A DNA stretch of 63,726 nt, counting the filler, from Chiloscyllium plagiosum (Eukaryota), in assembly GCF_004010195.1 (NCBI RefSeq). It is 17 parts of 17 records of this genome, joined end to end, with 100 filler letters (N's around TTAATTAATTAA, not from the genome) between each part and the next. Parts side by side here need not be neighbours in the genome. Positions count along the whole stretch, not along the records: positions 62,283 to 63,726 come from NW_025155461.1; 16 more parts are not named here. One strand, given 5' to 3'. A program made the position numbers and the translations under genes. Below the pieces are notes generated by a model. The model had not been told where the DNA came from and ran no database searches. It saw nothing but the letters and a program-made list of their open reading frames with translations. Positions 63,530 through 63,726 of the stretch are shown piece by piece. How positions within the stretch are numbered: position 1 is the first letter of the stretch; each line of letters begins with the position of its first letter.

Positions 63530-63726
63530 GCCGTGAGAACTCTCAGTCCAAGCTGACCCTGATGACCCCCTCCCCGGAGCAGGTCAATGCCAAGGGCACT
63601 GCCAACCTGGTGTGCCTTGCCAATCACTTCTATCCCGATGAGCCGGAGGTGCAGTGGAAGAAGGATGGTGCAGTCATTTCGGACGGGGTTCAGTCCAGCA
63701 ACTACCTGCGAGCTTCGGACAGCACC
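63530..63726 (+). CDS. IGKC: Ig kappa constant exon, 5' part (runs off the window)
   Basis: TTTCAG| RENSQSKLTLMTPSPEQVNAKGTANLVCLANHFYPDEPEVQWKK...; open. Confidence 0.9.

Noticed and set aside
1-63726. A novel mixed IgM/kappa/TCR super-locus
   Set aside because: Every change of receptor type coincides with a synthetic linker; no contig contains two types.

Overview
This window is cartilaginous-fish (shark, probably a carpet shark of the nurse/bamboo group) antigen-receptor DNA, and it is not one locus. It consists of 17 contigs joined by 16 identical synthetic 100-bp linkers (44 N + TTAATTAATTAA + 44 N), plus four ordinary N gaps. The contigs hold: (1) IgM heavy-chain constant exons from several duplicated clusters (3 CH1, 3 CH2, 4 CH3, 3 CH4; one CH4 has the full secretory tail); (2) kappa (type III/NS4-like) light-chain pieces, namely one truncated V, one pre-joined VJ with a stop, and 5 C exons of which 3 are frameshifted; (3) one TCR beta V and five TCR alpha/delta-type V segments with 23-bp-spacer RSSs, plus a V relic; (4) CR1 LINEs, V-SINE/HE1 SINEs and Penelope-like elements. 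The apparent IgH+IgL+TCR super-locus cannot be inferred because the order is artificial. The best real leads are a pre-joined Vk-Jk with a Penelope insertion in its promoter, a TCR V family with an intronless leader, independent lesions in all three IgM CH2 exons (including a GT>TT donor that could give a 3-domain IgM), CTCF-like sites upstream of TCR V genes, minimal hammerhead ribozyme motifs in Penelope ends, and local duplications or templated insertions in IgM introns. All alignments were made by eye, and repeat boundaries are approximate.
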